A stretch of DNA of 64,000 nucleotides from a virus (lineage: Duplodnaviria; Caudoviricetes): IMG/VR virus record IMGVR_UViG_3300028887_000078, one strand, 5' to 3'. The position numbers and the translations under genes were made by a program. The notes beneath the pieces are model-generated. The model worked only from the letters and a program-made list of their open reading frames with translations. It had not been told where the DNA came from and searched no databases. Shown here in pieces: positions 1 through 10,125 of the stretch; within the stretch, counting starts at the first letter, position 1; each line of letters starts with the position of its first letter.

Positions 1-86
1 TTCCATTATATTCAATAAATGGACAACCTATGAAGGACAGAGTATAACATAATCGCCGAACACATTTGACAAAAACAGGAGGAACA

Positions 87-416
87 ATGAAACTGACGGA
101 CACCAATGTATTGGCACCAAAAAGGCAACCAGACATATCACACCTTGTTTCCGACCATCTGAACTACGATAACTACGACGGTACATTGCACGTGTGCATA
201 ATCAACCGAAAAGACAGTCACATCACGGAGTTCAATATCAGGTTCATAAACGAAGGTATGTCCACATACCTGCGCAGAATACTTGATGTACTTGACTTGG
301 ATATAAGCGAGGAGATAAAGTTGGACGCGATAAGGGAATACTTCTACCGATGCTTCTGTGTAAAACTGTTGGAGGAAGTACACGACATAATCAGTGTGAA
401 TGTAACATACAAATAG
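87..416 (+). CDS. MRITES-tag family hypothetical protein (MKLTDT...)
   Basis: ATG at 87 after AGGAGG; N-terminal tag; resembles 34852..35199. Confidence 0.85.
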   Translation: MKLTDTNVLAPKRQPDISHLVSDHLNYDNYDGTLHVCIINRKDSHITEFNIRFINEGMSTYLRRILDVLDLDISEEIKLDAIREYFYRCFCVKLLEEVHDIISVNVTYK

Positions 417-419
417 ACT

Positions 420-803
420 ATGAGAATAACTGAAAGCGGAAACATAAGGGAATCACTGATAAAGGACAAGTTTGACAAGGTGTTCTATGACGACAGGTAT
501 GTTGTTGATGAGAGTGCATACGACACAGTGCTGTATGTTCAGTTCAGGTCGGAAAAAGACCCCAATGACATCCTGACCTACAAGATATTATTCTATGAGG
601 ACTACAACAAGAGCAGTGACGATATGCACAAACTTGTCGTGACGCTTATGAAGGATGAAACTATGGACACCTGCGACAACGCGGTGAAGGAGTACCTGTT
701 CAAGCATCAAGGTGTGATATTCGGTGACATTGAGATAAACGGGGTGGTTTACAACAACCCCTACAAAGTGGTCAGCACAATGATTAAAAGCGCAAGGATA
801 TGA
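420..803 (+). CDS. MRITES-tag family hypothetical protein
   Basis: Starts MRITES; resembles 34415..34855. Confidence 0.9.
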   Translation: MRITESGNIRESLIKDKFDKVFYDDRYVVDESAYDTVLYVQFRSEKDPNDILTYKILFYEDYNKSSDDMHKLVVTLMKDETMDTCDNAVKEYLFKHQGVIFGDIEINGVVYNNPYKVVSTMIKSARI

Positions 804-1297
804 AAATCACAGAAAGCGGCATTTCGGAAACTCTTGAAATGGACAATCCCATATTGGTGGACTCCAATGTCATAATTGACAACGGATACGGGAATTACAC
901 CCACAAACTCATAATCGCCTATTTTGGAGATGGATACCATACACATTTCAGAATACTGTTCAATCCTGAAACGATGAGCATCAAACTGCACAACGCATTC
1001 TTACAGGCGGACATTGACCCTTATAACATAAATCAGTGCAATGTTCCAAACGAAACCGACAATTTTGAACTTATAAAATGCGTGTACTACGATTTTGACA
1101 AGGAGACCGACAAGAAGAAATACAACGGCATCAAAGAATATGTAAACTCCATAAAGCACAACAACCACCCAAATATTGAAATCATATATGGCATCAAGAT
1201 AAACAAAGGTGAGTACTCTGCAAGCAGAGGCACTTATTCGGTGAAGGTGTCAGGCGGTTACTACCATACGACAAACATAACGGCGAAGAATATATGA
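800..1297 (+). CDS. MRITES-tag family hypothetical protein
   Basis: Starts MKITES; ATGA overlap with previous gene. Confidence 0.9.
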   Translation: MKITESGISETLEMDNPILVDSNVIIDNGYGNYTHKLIIAYFGDGYHTHFRILFNPETMSIKLHNAFLQADIDPYNINQCNVPNETDNFELIKCVYYDFDKETDKKKYNGIKEYVNSIKHNNHPNIEIIYGIKINKGEYSASRGTYSVKVSGGYYHTTNITAKNI

Positions 1298-1743
1298 AAC
1301 TATCGGACACGGACAAATTCAAGGGGAACAAACTCACCGACAACGGGGAGTATTACATAAACGACTATGAGGGCGGCAAACCTTCGGGTGGCATCATCGT
1401 TGAGATAACCTGCGCCTCCGAGACCTACCAATTCAACATATACTATGACCTGTTGCGGGTCAGCAGGGAGGTCGCGCAAATCCTTGACGGGATAGAGAAG
1501 CACAAGAACAGATACAACGGTATCACGAAAAAGGAGGGTGACAACAACGCCGCCGAACTTTGTGCCAACATCCTCAAATACCTGAACAAGACATACCCTG
1601 AAATAACGACCGACGGGACATACAGGGTGACGGGATGGAGCAACTACATATATGCGCCGTTCCAAGTGAATGTGGTCGGTGTGAACGGCATATCGGGTGT
1701 GACCGTGAACACAACAATAGGAAATTCAAACTACGCGATATGA
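1294..1743 (+). CDS. MRITES-tag family hypothetical protein
   Basis: Starts MKLSDT; shares KLxDNGEY and FNIxYD with 33946..34428. Confidence 0.9.
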   Translation: MKLSDTDKFKGNKLTDNGEYYINDYEGGKPSGGIIVEITCASETYQFNIYYDLLRVSREVAQILDGIEKHKNRYNGITKKEGDNNAAELCANILKYLNKTYPEITTDGTYRVTGWSNYIYAPFQVNVVGVNGISGVTVNTTIGNSNYAI

Positions 1744-2144
1744 GAATAACACAATCCGACAGTATGGTGAAGGAGGTCATTGATACCTGTGGGAACATTG
1801 ACGTGTTTGACACCACGTCTGCATACAACGATGTGTGCGCTATCTTGGACGGCGGTAAGGCGAAGAACTGCCTCCGCTATGCCGTTCTCGGAATCACAAG
1901 GGACAGGAAAGGTGCGGTCATCAGGATATGGTACAACGACGGAATGGAGTCAAAGCAACTTATGAGGGTGCTGCGGACGATAGCGAACAGGGACTTCATC
2001 ACAACGAAGAGTTGGTACGGTGTTGTTCTCGGATATTTCTGCCGCTACCTGAACGAGACCGCCAACAAGGACATCTTTCCGAAATGGTACAGTATGCGCA
2101 GTGCGAATGCGAAAAAAATGAAGGATATGAGCATACATATCTGA
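1740..2144 (+). CDS. MRITES-tag family hypothetical protein
   Basis: Start moved to ATG 1740 (MRITQS), ATGA overlap. Confidence 0.85.
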   Translation: MRITQSDSMVKEVIDTCGNIDVFDTTSAYNDVCAILDGGKAKNCLRYAVLGITRDRKGAVIRIWYNDGMESKQLMRVLRTIANRDFITTKSWYGVVLGYFCRYLNETANKDIFPKWYSMRSANAKKMKDMSIHI

Positions 2145-2150
2145 AATTTT

Positions 2151-2166
2151 CATTATATTCAATAAA
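2151..2166 (+). promoter_or_regulatory. Early-type promoter motif (CA/TG)TTATATTCAA(TAAA), representative copy
   Basis: Plus-strand copies at about 4, 2151, 2971, 4650, 19511, 54122; minus-strand copies at about 9590, 10107, 10650, 14318, 29593, 31269, 33964, 37061, 37600, 44860; all upstream of gene starts. Confidence 0.8.
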
Positions 2167-2173
2167 AAGAACT

Positions 2174-2446
2174 ATGCGGATAAGCGAGTCAGACGAATTT
2201 GGCAGTGAAATCTATGATGGGGAAGTTTTTGACCTGTATGACGATTTTGCAGTATATCACGCTATGGCGAGGTTCTTGAATCAAGGGGTGAATATTCCGC
2301 CAAACATTATGTATGTGGAATTGGGGTTTACAACAGTTTATTGAAAATCTAATAAAATCTATGAAAAACTGATAAAAACCAACCGATATAAATCTATGCA
2401 CAGTCCGAACAAATATGAGATGAAACAAATGGAGATTGGAATATGA
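2174..2446 (+). pseudogene. MRITES-tag gene with internal in-frame TGA at 2342-2344
   Basis: Starts MRISES; frame stays open after the TGA up to an ATGA overlap with the next gene. Confidence 0.65.
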
Positions 2447-2889
2447 GAATAAGCGACAACACAATTCTTAAAGACCTTGCCGACACGGGAGTCCGCCACA
2501 TAGATTGGGCAGACGGAAGTTGGGGAAACGGTGTGCCGTTCTGCAACCTGTTCACCCTCGCCACCATAAAGTTGTTTGACGGGAAAGGCGGCGTGCTTGA
2601 AGAACCGCAGACACTTGAGTTCAACGCCACATCCTACCAATTTGCCCGCGTATCCTGCGCTATGAGCGAGATAATAAAAGGGGCGATAGCCATCAAGGAA
2701 CTCCGTGAGAGCGGAATAAACGGAAAGGAGATGGAGATGAAGGAGACCTTGCAGACACTTGAACGCAAGGTTAGGAACTACATATCCCAAGTGGCGATTG
2801 GTCGCGACATCCTCTGTCTGACGGAACTGCAAACATTTGACATAAGACTGTATGACGATGACGGGAAGGAGATGTTCAGACTGCTATGA
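2443..2889 (+). CDS. MRITES-tag family hypothetical protein
   Basis: Starts MRISDN. Confidence 0.9.
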   Translation: MRISDNTILKDLADTGVRHIDWADGSWGNGVPFCNLFTLATIKLFDGKGGVLEEPQTLEFNATSYQFARVSCAMSEIIKGAIAIKELRESGINGKEMEMKETLQTLERKVRNYISQVAIGRDILCLTELQTFDIRLYDDDGKEMFRLL

Positions 2890-2994
2890 GAGCAACAATC
2901 TTATGGAATCGTGTGTGACACTTTTGGAACGTATGACAATATCAATGATGTATCATATTTTTCAAATTTTCATTATATTCAATAAAAGAAGTAT

Positions 2995-3258
2995 ATGAAA
3001 ATACAGACAACAGACGAGTACGCGGGCAACGTCCTTTACCGATGGCGGGAGTCATTCAACAACGTGTGGCACGAGACACGGTGCGAGGTTATTTCACACA
3101 ACGACAAGACCGCCGTCATAAAACTTCTCGGTTTCGGAAAGGACGGAAGAAGACCAGGTTCCCAAATGCGTGTCAAACTGACATCGCTCGTCGGTTTCAA
3201 ACAGGAAACTCCGAAAGAGGTCGATGACAAGTGGAAAGGTTACACCTATTTCGACTAA
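2995..3258 (+). CDS. Hypothetical protein
   Basis: ORF preceded by CATTATATTCAATAAA at 2971. Confidence 0.85.
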   Translation: MKIQTTDEYAGNVLYRWRESFNNVWHETRCEVISHNDKTAVIKLLGFGKDGRRPGSQMRVKLTSLVGFKQETPKEVDDKWKGYTYFD

Positions 3259-3689
3259 CACTCGTCGTACAACCGCTTGAGGTCTATGTCCCTGTGGTTT
3301 ACCGTGAAGTCGATGAACAGTTGTTCGTATGGCGTCAGTTGTTTGCTTGATATGTTAAACCCGAACGGTATGTTGAAGTATTTGATAATCTTCATATACA
3401 TCTTTGCAATCTTTTGGACGATTGCCTGCGAGTTCATATAAAGCGTTTCAAAATACTCTATCAGGTCGCGGAGTTCTTCCGCAGGGATTGGGTTCTCCTG
3501 TGTGTATTCGTTTTTCACAATCTTGAACACCGCGTCGTAGAACGGTTTCCTGCCGTTCTCAATCTCGCCGAGTCTGTATTTTTTCATCAAAGGTTTGTTC
3601 CTGTATTCGTTCAGTTTCCCTGAAAGGAACTCCGATATGCTTTCCGTCATACGCTCGGAAAATTCACTCATACTCATAATGTGTGTCAC
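3255..3689 (-). CDS. Late hypothetical protein with MTHIMSMSEF leader
   Basis: TATAAATA on minus strand at 3710-3717. Confidence 0.85.
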   Translation of the reverse strand: MTHIMSMSEFSERMTESISEFLSGKLNEYRNKPLMKKYRLGEIENGRKPFYDAVFKIVKNEYTQENPIPAEELRDLIEYFETLYMNSQAIVQKIAKMYMKIIKYFNIPFGFNISSKQLTPYEQLFIDFTVNHRDIDLKRLYDEC

Positions 3690-3763
3690 TGGACTTTGTA
3701 TATTTTATCTATTTATAAGGTTACATTTCTTTATAAATATATCGTTGATATATCGCAAGGATT

Positions 3764-4630
3764 ATGAGTTACTATGTAGATTGCAATGACACCGAGGCGC
3801 AGGAATGTCTCGCGGAGTTCACAGACCGAATAAACAAGAAGATGACACTGAACTGCCAAATACCCTTTTCGCTCCCGACGGCGGCGATTGCACAGGTTGT
3901 CGGCGAGGCGAAGAAATACTTCTACAACAAATACGACGACTCTATGGAGGAACTTTTCATTTCCTGCCCGTGGGAGGTGTTACAAGACCCGAAGTTCAAA
4001 TTCGGTCTCACCAACAGGGAGGGTATGGACGGCAACAAAATCCTGAAGTCGGAAACACAGAAGGACAGGGGCGTTTTGGTTATGCCCGACAACGTCTTTT
4101 CCGTTTTGCGTGTCTACCAACTCGGACGATTCAGCGGAGAGGCGGGTTGGGGAAGTTCGACAAGACTCGACGGCGGAAATATGGACTTCGGAATCCAAAG
4201 GATGTTCGCGTCGAGTATGTACAACGACCGCCTGCCGCAAGCAGCGGACAACCTCACATATTGGACTTGCAACTGGTACTTTTTCGACCAAGCGCGGCAG
4301 ATGTTGCAGGAAATGCACAGTTTCAAATACAACCGTCTGACAAAGAAGTTCAGGTTCACAGGTGAGTTGCCGAAGTATCCCTGTGTATTCGACGTTCTGT
4401 GCACGATACCTGACTGCGACTTGTTCGACGATGATTTGTTCTTCAGGTATTGCGTGGCAATCTGTATGAAGGATATGAGCAGAATTTTGGGTATGTTCCA
4501 ATACAATCTGCCCGGAAACGTGACCATCAACTATGATATGTACCAACAGTGGGGTTCGGAGGAATTGCAGGAAATAAAGGAGGAAATCGACCAGAACCGC
4601 CACAGCGTCGCCTATTTCTACACAACCTAA
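3764..4630 (+). CDS. Neck/head-tail connector protein, T4 gp13-like
   Basis: C-terminal LPGNVTINYD motif typical of gp13 homologues; late promoter at 3732-3739. Confidence 0.75.
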   Translation: MSYYVDCNDTEAQECLAEFTDRINKKMTLNCQIPFSLPTAAIAQVVGEAKKYFYNKYDDSMEELFISCPWEVLQDPKFKFGLTNREGMDGNKILKSETQKDRGVLVMPDNVFSVLRVYQLGRFSGEAGWGSSTRLDGGNMDFGIQRMFASSMYNDRLPQAADNLTYWTCNWYFFDQARQMLQEMHSFKYNRLTKKFRFTGELPKYPCVFDVLCTIPDCDLFDDDLFFRYCVAICMKDMSRILGMFQYNLPGNVTINYDMYQQWGSEELQEIKEEIDQNRHSVAYFYTT

Positions 4631-4661
4631 AAAAACGTTTCATTTTTTGTTATATTCAAGT

Positions 4662-6422
4662 ATGGACAAAAAAGAAATAATAGACGAGGTTCTAACAAGG
4701 CGTATATGCAATGGGAAGTCGTTCGCCAAAATGTTTCCGAAGGAATATGGCGAGATGATGAAAATCGAATTTCCAAAGGATTTCAAGTTTTCACAGAAAC
4801 TTTATCATTATCTGAATTGCGACGACAACCTTGAACTTGGGTTGTGTCCGGAATGCGGAAGTCGCTGTGGATATATAAACCTGAAACGCGGGTACCATAC
4901 CTATTGCTCTTCAAAATGTGCCACGTCTTCCAATGCGGTGCAGGAAAAGATGAAGGCGACCTGCCTTGAAAAGTACGGCGTTGAAAGTCCGACAAAAAAC
5001 AATGATATTAGGGAACGTATAAAGAACACCAACATTGAAAAATATGGTGTTGACAACCCTATGAAGTCCGATTTGGTGAAACATCGTGTGATACAAAACA
5101 CGCTTGAAAAATATGGAGTGGAACACACAACACAACTTGAATGTGTGAAAGAAAAGATAAAACAGGCAAACCTTGAGAAATACGGGTGTGAATGTGTGTT
5201 CGGGTCGGATGTGATAAAGGACAAGATAAAACAGACAAACCTTGAAAAATACGGCAGTGAATACATAGGCGGTTCGGAGGAAATTCGTAAAAAAATCGAA
5301 GAGCGCAACTTTGAGAAATACGGTGTTAAATGCACACTTGAACTCGATTGCATCAAGGAAAAATCAAAGAAGACCAACCTTGAAAAATACGGTGTTGAGC
5401 ATCCTGCACAATCGGAAGAGATACAAAGCAAGGCGAAACGGACGAACAATATGAAATATGGTGTCGATTTTCCATTGTCGTCAAAAGAAGTCCGTGAAAA
5501 AATAAGGAAAACAACACTTGACCGATATGGTGTAGAATGGGCGTGTATGCGAACGGAGGCGAGGAACTATTCCAACGACTCGAAACCGAACAGGGCGTTT
5601 GCCGAACTTTTGTCCGAACGGGGTGTCCAATTCGACCGCGAGTTCCCGCTTGGCAAGTATTCCTATGATTTCAGAATCGGCGACACCCTTGTCGAAATCA
5701 ATCCGACAATCACGCACAACTCGTTTTTAAGTGTTTTTGGGGATGCTCCGAAGTCAAACGACTACCATTGCCAAAAAAGTGAAACAGCCTCTAAAAACGG
5801 TTATAAATGCGTCCATATATGGGATTGGGACGATGTTGGCAAAGTGGTCGCAATGTTTGTGGAAAAGACAACCCTGCACGCAAGGAAACTGAATGTGTGT
5901 GTTGTGGGCACAAACATTGCGGACGTATTTTTCAACGAGAACCACATACAGGGAACCTGCCGAGGGAAGTCGCTTTGTGTCGGTCTCTATGACAACGGCA
6001 CGCTTGTTATGTGTATGGCGTTCGGCAAACCGAGATACAACAGGAATTATGAATTTGAACTGTTGAGGTTGTGTACGAAACAGGGATATGCGGTTGTCGG
6101 CGGGGCGGAGCGTCTGTTCAAGTTTGCGCTTGACAGACTTGAATGTTCAAGTGTGATAAGTTATTGTGACTGTTCAAAGTTCAGCGGCGATGTCTATGAG
6201 CGACTTGGTTTCAAAAAAGTCCGCACTTCAAAACCGACGAAGCATTGGTTCAGGATGTCGGACAGGTGTCACGTCACCGACAACCTGTTGAGGCAGCGCG
6301 GGTTCGACCAACTGTTCAATGCAAATTACGGAAAGGGGACGTCGAATGAGGAACTTATGCTTGAGAATGGATTTCTTCCAGTGTATGATTGCGGTCAGGA
6401 CATTTGGTCTTATGAACGGTAG
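4662..6422 (+). CDS. Free-standing endonuclease-like protein: EKYG repeats, PD-(D/E)xK-like domain, Hef/Mom-like C-terminus
   Basis: CxxC motifs; about 9 TxLEKYGV repeats; YDF..LVEINP; HIWDW; ELLRLC..VGGAERL..SYCD. Confidence 0.7.
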   Translation: MDKKEIIDEVLTRRICNGKSFAKMFPKEYGEMMKIEFPKDFKFSQKLYHYLNCDDNLELGLCPECGSRCGYINLKRGYHTYCSSKCATSSNAVQEKMKATCLEKYGVESPTKNNDIRERIKNTNIEKYGVDNPMKSDLVKHRVIQNTLEKYGVEHTTQLECVKEKIKQANLEKYGCECVFGSDVIKDKIKQTNLEKYGSEYIGGSEEIRKKIEERNFEKYGVKCTLELDCIKEKSKKTNLEKYGVEHPAQSEEIQSKAKRTNNMKYGVDFPLSSKEVREKIRKTTLDRYGVEWACMRTEARNYSNDSKPNRAFAELLSERGVQFDREFPLGKYSYDFRIGDTLVEINPTITHNSFLSVFGDAPKSNDYHCQKSETASKNGYKCVHIWDWDDVGKVVAMFVEKTTLHARKLNVCVVGTNIADVFFNENHIQGTCRGKSLCVGLYDNGTLVMCMAFGKPRYNRNYEFELLRLCTKQGYAVVGGAERLFKFALDRLECSSVISYCDCSKFSGDVYERLGFKKVRTSKPTKHWFRMSDRCHVTDNLLRQRGFDQLFNANYGKGTSNEELMLENGFLPVYDCGQDIWSYER

Positions 6423-6425
6423 TGT

Positions 6426-6836
6426 TCAGTCCACCGTACACATAAGGTATATTTCAACACCACCGCTTTGCGATTGGGACGCCCGCAATCTCAAATTGTT
6501 GAAGTTGTAGGTCTCCAATGCGTTTTTGCAGTAGTTTTTAGTCCATTTGTCCGCATTGGACGATTTGCTGTCGTAGGACGCGAGTATCTTGACACGCACC
6601 TCGGCGGGCGTTGCACCTGTAATCTCGAATGTGTGTATATTGAGTGGAAATTCGAGAACGACACCTGACGCGTAGTTGTATATTCTCATATTCGCAACGG
6701 AACCTTCGCCCAACATACCGACGATTTCGTCGCGGTTTCTTGCAAAGAAACCGTCGGTCGGTGCGCTTGCTTCAAACACCTTGTATATGGGTGCGCTTTC
6801 AAGTATGCCTTGTGACAGCGCCGAATCGGAAATCAT
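6426..6836 (-). CDS. MISD-tag hypothetical protein
   Basis: Starts MISDSAL. Confidence 0.8.
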   Translation of the reverse strand: MISDSALSQGILESAPIYKVFEASAPTDGFFARNRDEIVGMLGEGSVANMRIYNYASGVVLEFPLNIHTFEITGATPAEVRVKILASYDSKSSNADKWTKNYCKNALETYNFNNLRLRASQSQSGGVEIYLMCTVD

Positions 6837-6841
6837 AGTCG

Positions 6842-7351
6842 TTATTTGCCGAAAACCTTTTCCGCCTCGCGGTTCATCTGCTTGTAGGTGAGGGAAATGG
6901 GACGCTTCGCACCGAACATAGACCCCATACGCAGTCTGCCCTTCCCGTAGACGGGTCTTTTCATTTCGATTTGGTCTTTCGTCATATTGGACATAATCGT
7001 AAGTATCACCCTTGCCGACGCATAGTCCATCGACACCTCCGTGTTGTAATACATCCTTGCGCGGCGGATAAAGTTGCTCACCTCCTCATAGAACGTCTTC
7101 GGTGTGGCGCACCAATGCGGCGACGTGCGTTCATATTCGTTGAGGTTCGAGATGATTTTCTCGTGTGCGGCGAACAGGAAGTGCATAATGGTCTCCCTCG
7201 ACATTTTCCTTTCATAGGAGCGTCTTTCGTTCAATCTGATTACGTTTTCCACTTCCTTGAAGAACTCGTCCTCGTTGGACGAGTCGTTTTCGTACCAGCC
7301 TTTCGAGTAGAGCACGAGGTCAATCCATTCAAAGTCTTTTATCTTTTCCAT
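6842..7351 (-). CDS. Hypothetical protein
   Basis: Tightly packed ORF in minus-strand operon. Confidence 0.85.
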   Translation of the reverse strand: MEKIKDFEWIDLVLYSKGWYENDSSNEDEFFKEVENVIRLNERRSYERKMSRETIMHFLFAAHEKIISNLNEYERTSPHWCATPKTFYEEVSNFIRRARMYYNTEVSMDYASARVILTIMSNMTKDQIEMKRPVYGKGRLRMGSMFGAKRPISLTYKQMNREAEKVFGK

Positions 7352-7373
7352 ATCGTTGTCTCTTTTGTCGTTT

Positions 7374-7733
7374 TTATTGTATTTCTTTCATTGCATTTTC
7401 AACACAACCGTATTTTTCTTTGATTTCGTCACTGAACATATATGTCATTGTTGTGAAATCATCCACAATTTCGTCTAATTCCCAGATTTTGAGCAAGGCT
7501 TTGAAATACGGTATCATAAGTGTCATAAACACTTTGTTGTACAAATAAACGCGTTTGGAGCCTTCGTCATAACCTCCGATGTGCATTGTGAAGGAAATGT
7601 CTTTGTTGAATCCAATCAGAACCGCCATTTCATTTTCGTTTTCTTTCTGACGGGTTCTCAACCTTTCCTCCAATTCGTACATAAATTCTTCTTTACGAGA
7701 CCATCCATTCAACATTCTTTTATCTTTTTCCAT
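7374..7733 (-). CDS. Hypothetical protein
   Basis: Operon packing. Confidence 0.8.
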   Translation of the reverse strand: MEKDKRMLNGWSRKEEFMYELEERLRTRQKENENEMAVLIGFNKDISFTMHIGGYDEGSKRVYLYNKVFMTLMIPYFKALLKIWELDEIVDDFTTMTYMFSDEIKEKYGCVENAMKEIQ

Positions 7734-7739
7734 ATTGTC

Positions 7740-8138
7740 TTATGATATTTTTTCAAGGTCTATGACCGCCTTTTTCATTTCTTCAAGCAGCATAAGCGTT
7801 GTGTACTTGTGCCCGCCAATCATAGTTCCGTAGGCGTCGCCTGCGTGTGCGTAGTCCCAACCAATCCAATGCCCGCTTCCAAGCGGGTTCGGGCACCCAT
7901 TGCCCTGTATCACAGTTGAAAAGGTCAGCCCCCCGTGTACGCCAAGGTTGATGCTTTCGTAATCACAACCGTAGTATTTTTCGGTTTTGTTTATTTTCAG
8001 GTATATGCAGGGGTGTGTCCCGTATGACAGGATTTTGAACTCCCTGCCCCTGTATTTGCCTTGTGAAAGGATTTTGATTGTGTCTCTTTCCTCCTGATAC
8101 TCCATTTCGGAAATCAGGGAGATATTGTCGCTGTCCAT
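7740..8138 (-). CDS. Conserved phage hypothetical protein
   Basis: VHGGLTF and WIGWDYAH motifs common in phage proteins. Confidence 0.85.
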   Translation of the reverse strand: MDSDNISLISEMEYQEERDTIKILSQGKYRGREFKILSYGTHPCIYLKINKTEKYYGCDYESINLGVHGGLTFSTVIQGNGCPNPLGSGHWIGWDYAHAGDAYGTMIGGHKYTTLMLLEEMKKAVIDLEKIS

Positions 8139-8140
8139 CG

Positions 8141-8338
8141 TCAGAATAGTTTTTGTTTTTCTTTCACAGTTATTTTGTCAGCGTCTATTTTTCGGACGCA
8201 GTTCGGTTTTATCTCCACGAACTTGATTTTCTCCGCAATGTGGGAGATGAGTTCCCTGTCGCAGGAATCGCCTGCGATGTATCTGCCGTCTTTTGTTTCG
8301 CACAGGACGGTCACTTTTTTGATGTCGCTAACTTTCAT
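8141..8338 (-). CDS. Hypothetical protein
   Basis: Operon packing. Confidence 0.75.
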   Translation of the reverse strand: MKVSDIKKVTVLCETKDGRYIAGDSCDRELISHIAEKIKFVEIKPNCVRKIDADKITVKEKQKLF

Positions 8339-8834
8339 TGTTCAGGATTTTTCCTACACATTCGTTGAACTTGCACATATAGTCATACAGACCATATCGG
8401 ATGAGATAGTTCCGTATTTCTTCAGTCTCGCTGGTTTCGAGTTTCAGTTGTTCCGCCGCATACATTCTCCCGCAGATTAGGAACGCCTTTCTGTGTATGT
8501 CGCTCAATGACAGGAGGTAGTTGAAGCATTTTGAAACAACGTCCGCGTTGTAGCGGGTGATGTACTTCATATAGTTTTCAATGTGACTGATTGGTATGAG
8601 GTTCCATTTCAGACTGTCCATTGTGCAGCATCTGTCTATGTCTTTTCTGTTGTCCACGCAGTTCTTCACGATTGCGACAACTGCGTCGTCGTCGAGGTCG
8701 AAGTGCATAGCGTGCTCACCGTCGTTCCATAGTTGCCGCTCGAAGTCGGTTCCGAAGTGCATAGAAACCCGTTCGTTTTCCTGATAATACATAATGTCTT
8801 TTTTATTTTCCTGTTCAAGATTGGAGCGTTCCAT
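8328..8834 (-). CDS. Hypothetical protein
   Basis: Operon packing. Confidence 0.8.
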   Translation of the reverse strand: MERSNLEQENKKDIMYYQENERVSMHFGTDFERQLWNDGEHAMHFDLDDDAVVAIVKNCVDNRKDIDRCCTMDSLKWNLIPISHIENYMKYITRYNADVVSKCFNYLLSLSDIHRKAFLICGRMYAAEQLKLETSETEEIRNYLIRYGLYDYMCKFNECVGKILNNES

Positions 8835-8846
8835 ATAAATGCGCGT

Positions 8847-9170
8847 TTAGAGCATTTCGAGTTCCTGCTGCTTTTGTCTGATTTCCTTCGCGAGTTTCTC
8901 CTTGTAGATGGTGCTCCATCTTTGGTGGATTTCGTCGCACAGGGACTTTGTTTCCTCCTCTGTCAGTTCAGGTTCTCCGAATGTCGGATAGTCGTGCCAA
9001 CAGATGAACCCTTTCTTGTTGAAGGCGGCGAAGAATCCGTACCCTTCGATTGTGAACTTGCAGTCGACATATCCTTCTACTGTACTGCGTTCGAGACTCG
9101 TGATTTCAAACTCCCTGTTTTTAAGTTTTTCCGCGATGATTTCGCGAAGTTTTTCGATAAGTTCTTTCAT
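8847..9170 (-). CDS. Hypothetical protein
   Basis: Operon packing. Confidence 0.8.
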   Translation of the reverse strand: MKELIEKLREIIAEKLKNREFEITSLERSTVEGYVDCKFTIEGYGFFAAFNKKGFICWHDYPTFGEPELTEEETKSLCDEIHQRWSTIYKEKLAKEIRQKQQELEML

Positions 9171-9188
9171 AATATCTGTTTTTTTTTT

Positions 9189-9581
9189 TTAATTTTCTTT
9201 TATTTTTGCTTTCGTAACGGCATTCAGCACCATCGCCTTTCCTGTCAGTCCGCCGACGCACGCCTTTTTCTCTTCCCGCTTGCCGCTTGGAATGTACACG
9301 ATGTCGTGCGTCAGGTTGAAGTTGTCAGAATATCCGCGCCCGTAGTTCGTCGTGATGACAATATCGGTAACACCCCCTTTGGTGAACAGGAAGTCTCTGT
9401 ATGTGATGTGTCTCTGCGTCGTGTCGTTTTCATAGACATAGGTTATGTCCGTTTCGGTTTCCCACACCACGGTCTTGGTCTGTTCAAACAACAGAAACAA
9501 CTGCACCGCGAGCGTAATCACGCCTATTATAAGAATCGTTACTCCGATGGAGATTGTGCTGTTGATTTCTTTCGTGCTCAT
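9189..9581 (-). CDS. Membrane-anchored hypothetical protein
   Basis: N-terminal hydrophobic helix; early-type promoter at 9588-9603. Confidence 0.8.
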   Translation of the reverse strand: MSTKEINSTISIGVTILIIGVITLAVQLFLLFEQTKTVVWETETDITYVYENDTTQRHITYRDFLFTKGGVTDIVITTNYGRGYSDNFNLTHDIVYIPSGKREEKKACVGGLTGKAMVLNAVTKAKIKEN

Positions 9582-9611
9582 AGTCCTTTTATTGAATATA
9601 ATGTAAAATCA

Positions 9612-10091
9612 TCAAAGTTGGACATATTTTGAATATCTCCAATAACCCTGTTTCCCGTCCTTGCGTTCATCCTTTCGACAGGGGAGGCACGCTTCCCCGT
9701 TGGAGTTCAGTGCGCATCGGAGACATAGGTCTGAACCTGACAATGTGGGTTTTTCAATGAAGATGTAGTCGTTGACGCGTTCGACGCGCCAGTCGATTTC
9801 GATGTATTTCTCCTTTTTCCTTTTACCTATTTTGGATTTCTTTTTTTCCAAGAGTTTCCGTTCCGCGTCTATGTGGTTTTTTTCAATGATTTCTCCAATG
9901 TTTTCGTCCTTGAGCAACCAAATGTATCCACTGGCGGTTCGGTTCGCCTTCCACCAAATCGCATTTGAGATTGATGTTGCGTTTATGTTTGTTGCCCGTG
10001 CCGCTTCCGTGACGCTTTGGTATTCGGCGATAAATTCACCTGTTGCTGAATACTGTCTTACGACAGTCGAGTTCTTTCGCAGTATTGCCAT
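9612..10091 (-). CDS. NUMOD1-type HTH DNA-binding protein
   Basis: VRQYSATGEFIAEYQSVTEAAR...ISNA...TASGYIW; no nuclease domain seen; start reassigned to ATG 10091. Confidence 0.75.
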   Translation of the reverse strand: MAILRKNSTVVRQYSATGEFIAEYQSVTEAARATNINATSISNAIWWKANRTASGYIWLLKDENIGEIIEKNHIDAERKLLEKKKSKIGKRKKEKYIEIDWRVERVNDYIFIEKPTLSGSDLCLRCALNSNGEACLPCRKDERKDGKQGYWRYSKYVQL

Positions 10092-10125
10092 TTTTCTTTC
10101 TTTTTGTTGAATATAATGGAATTTT

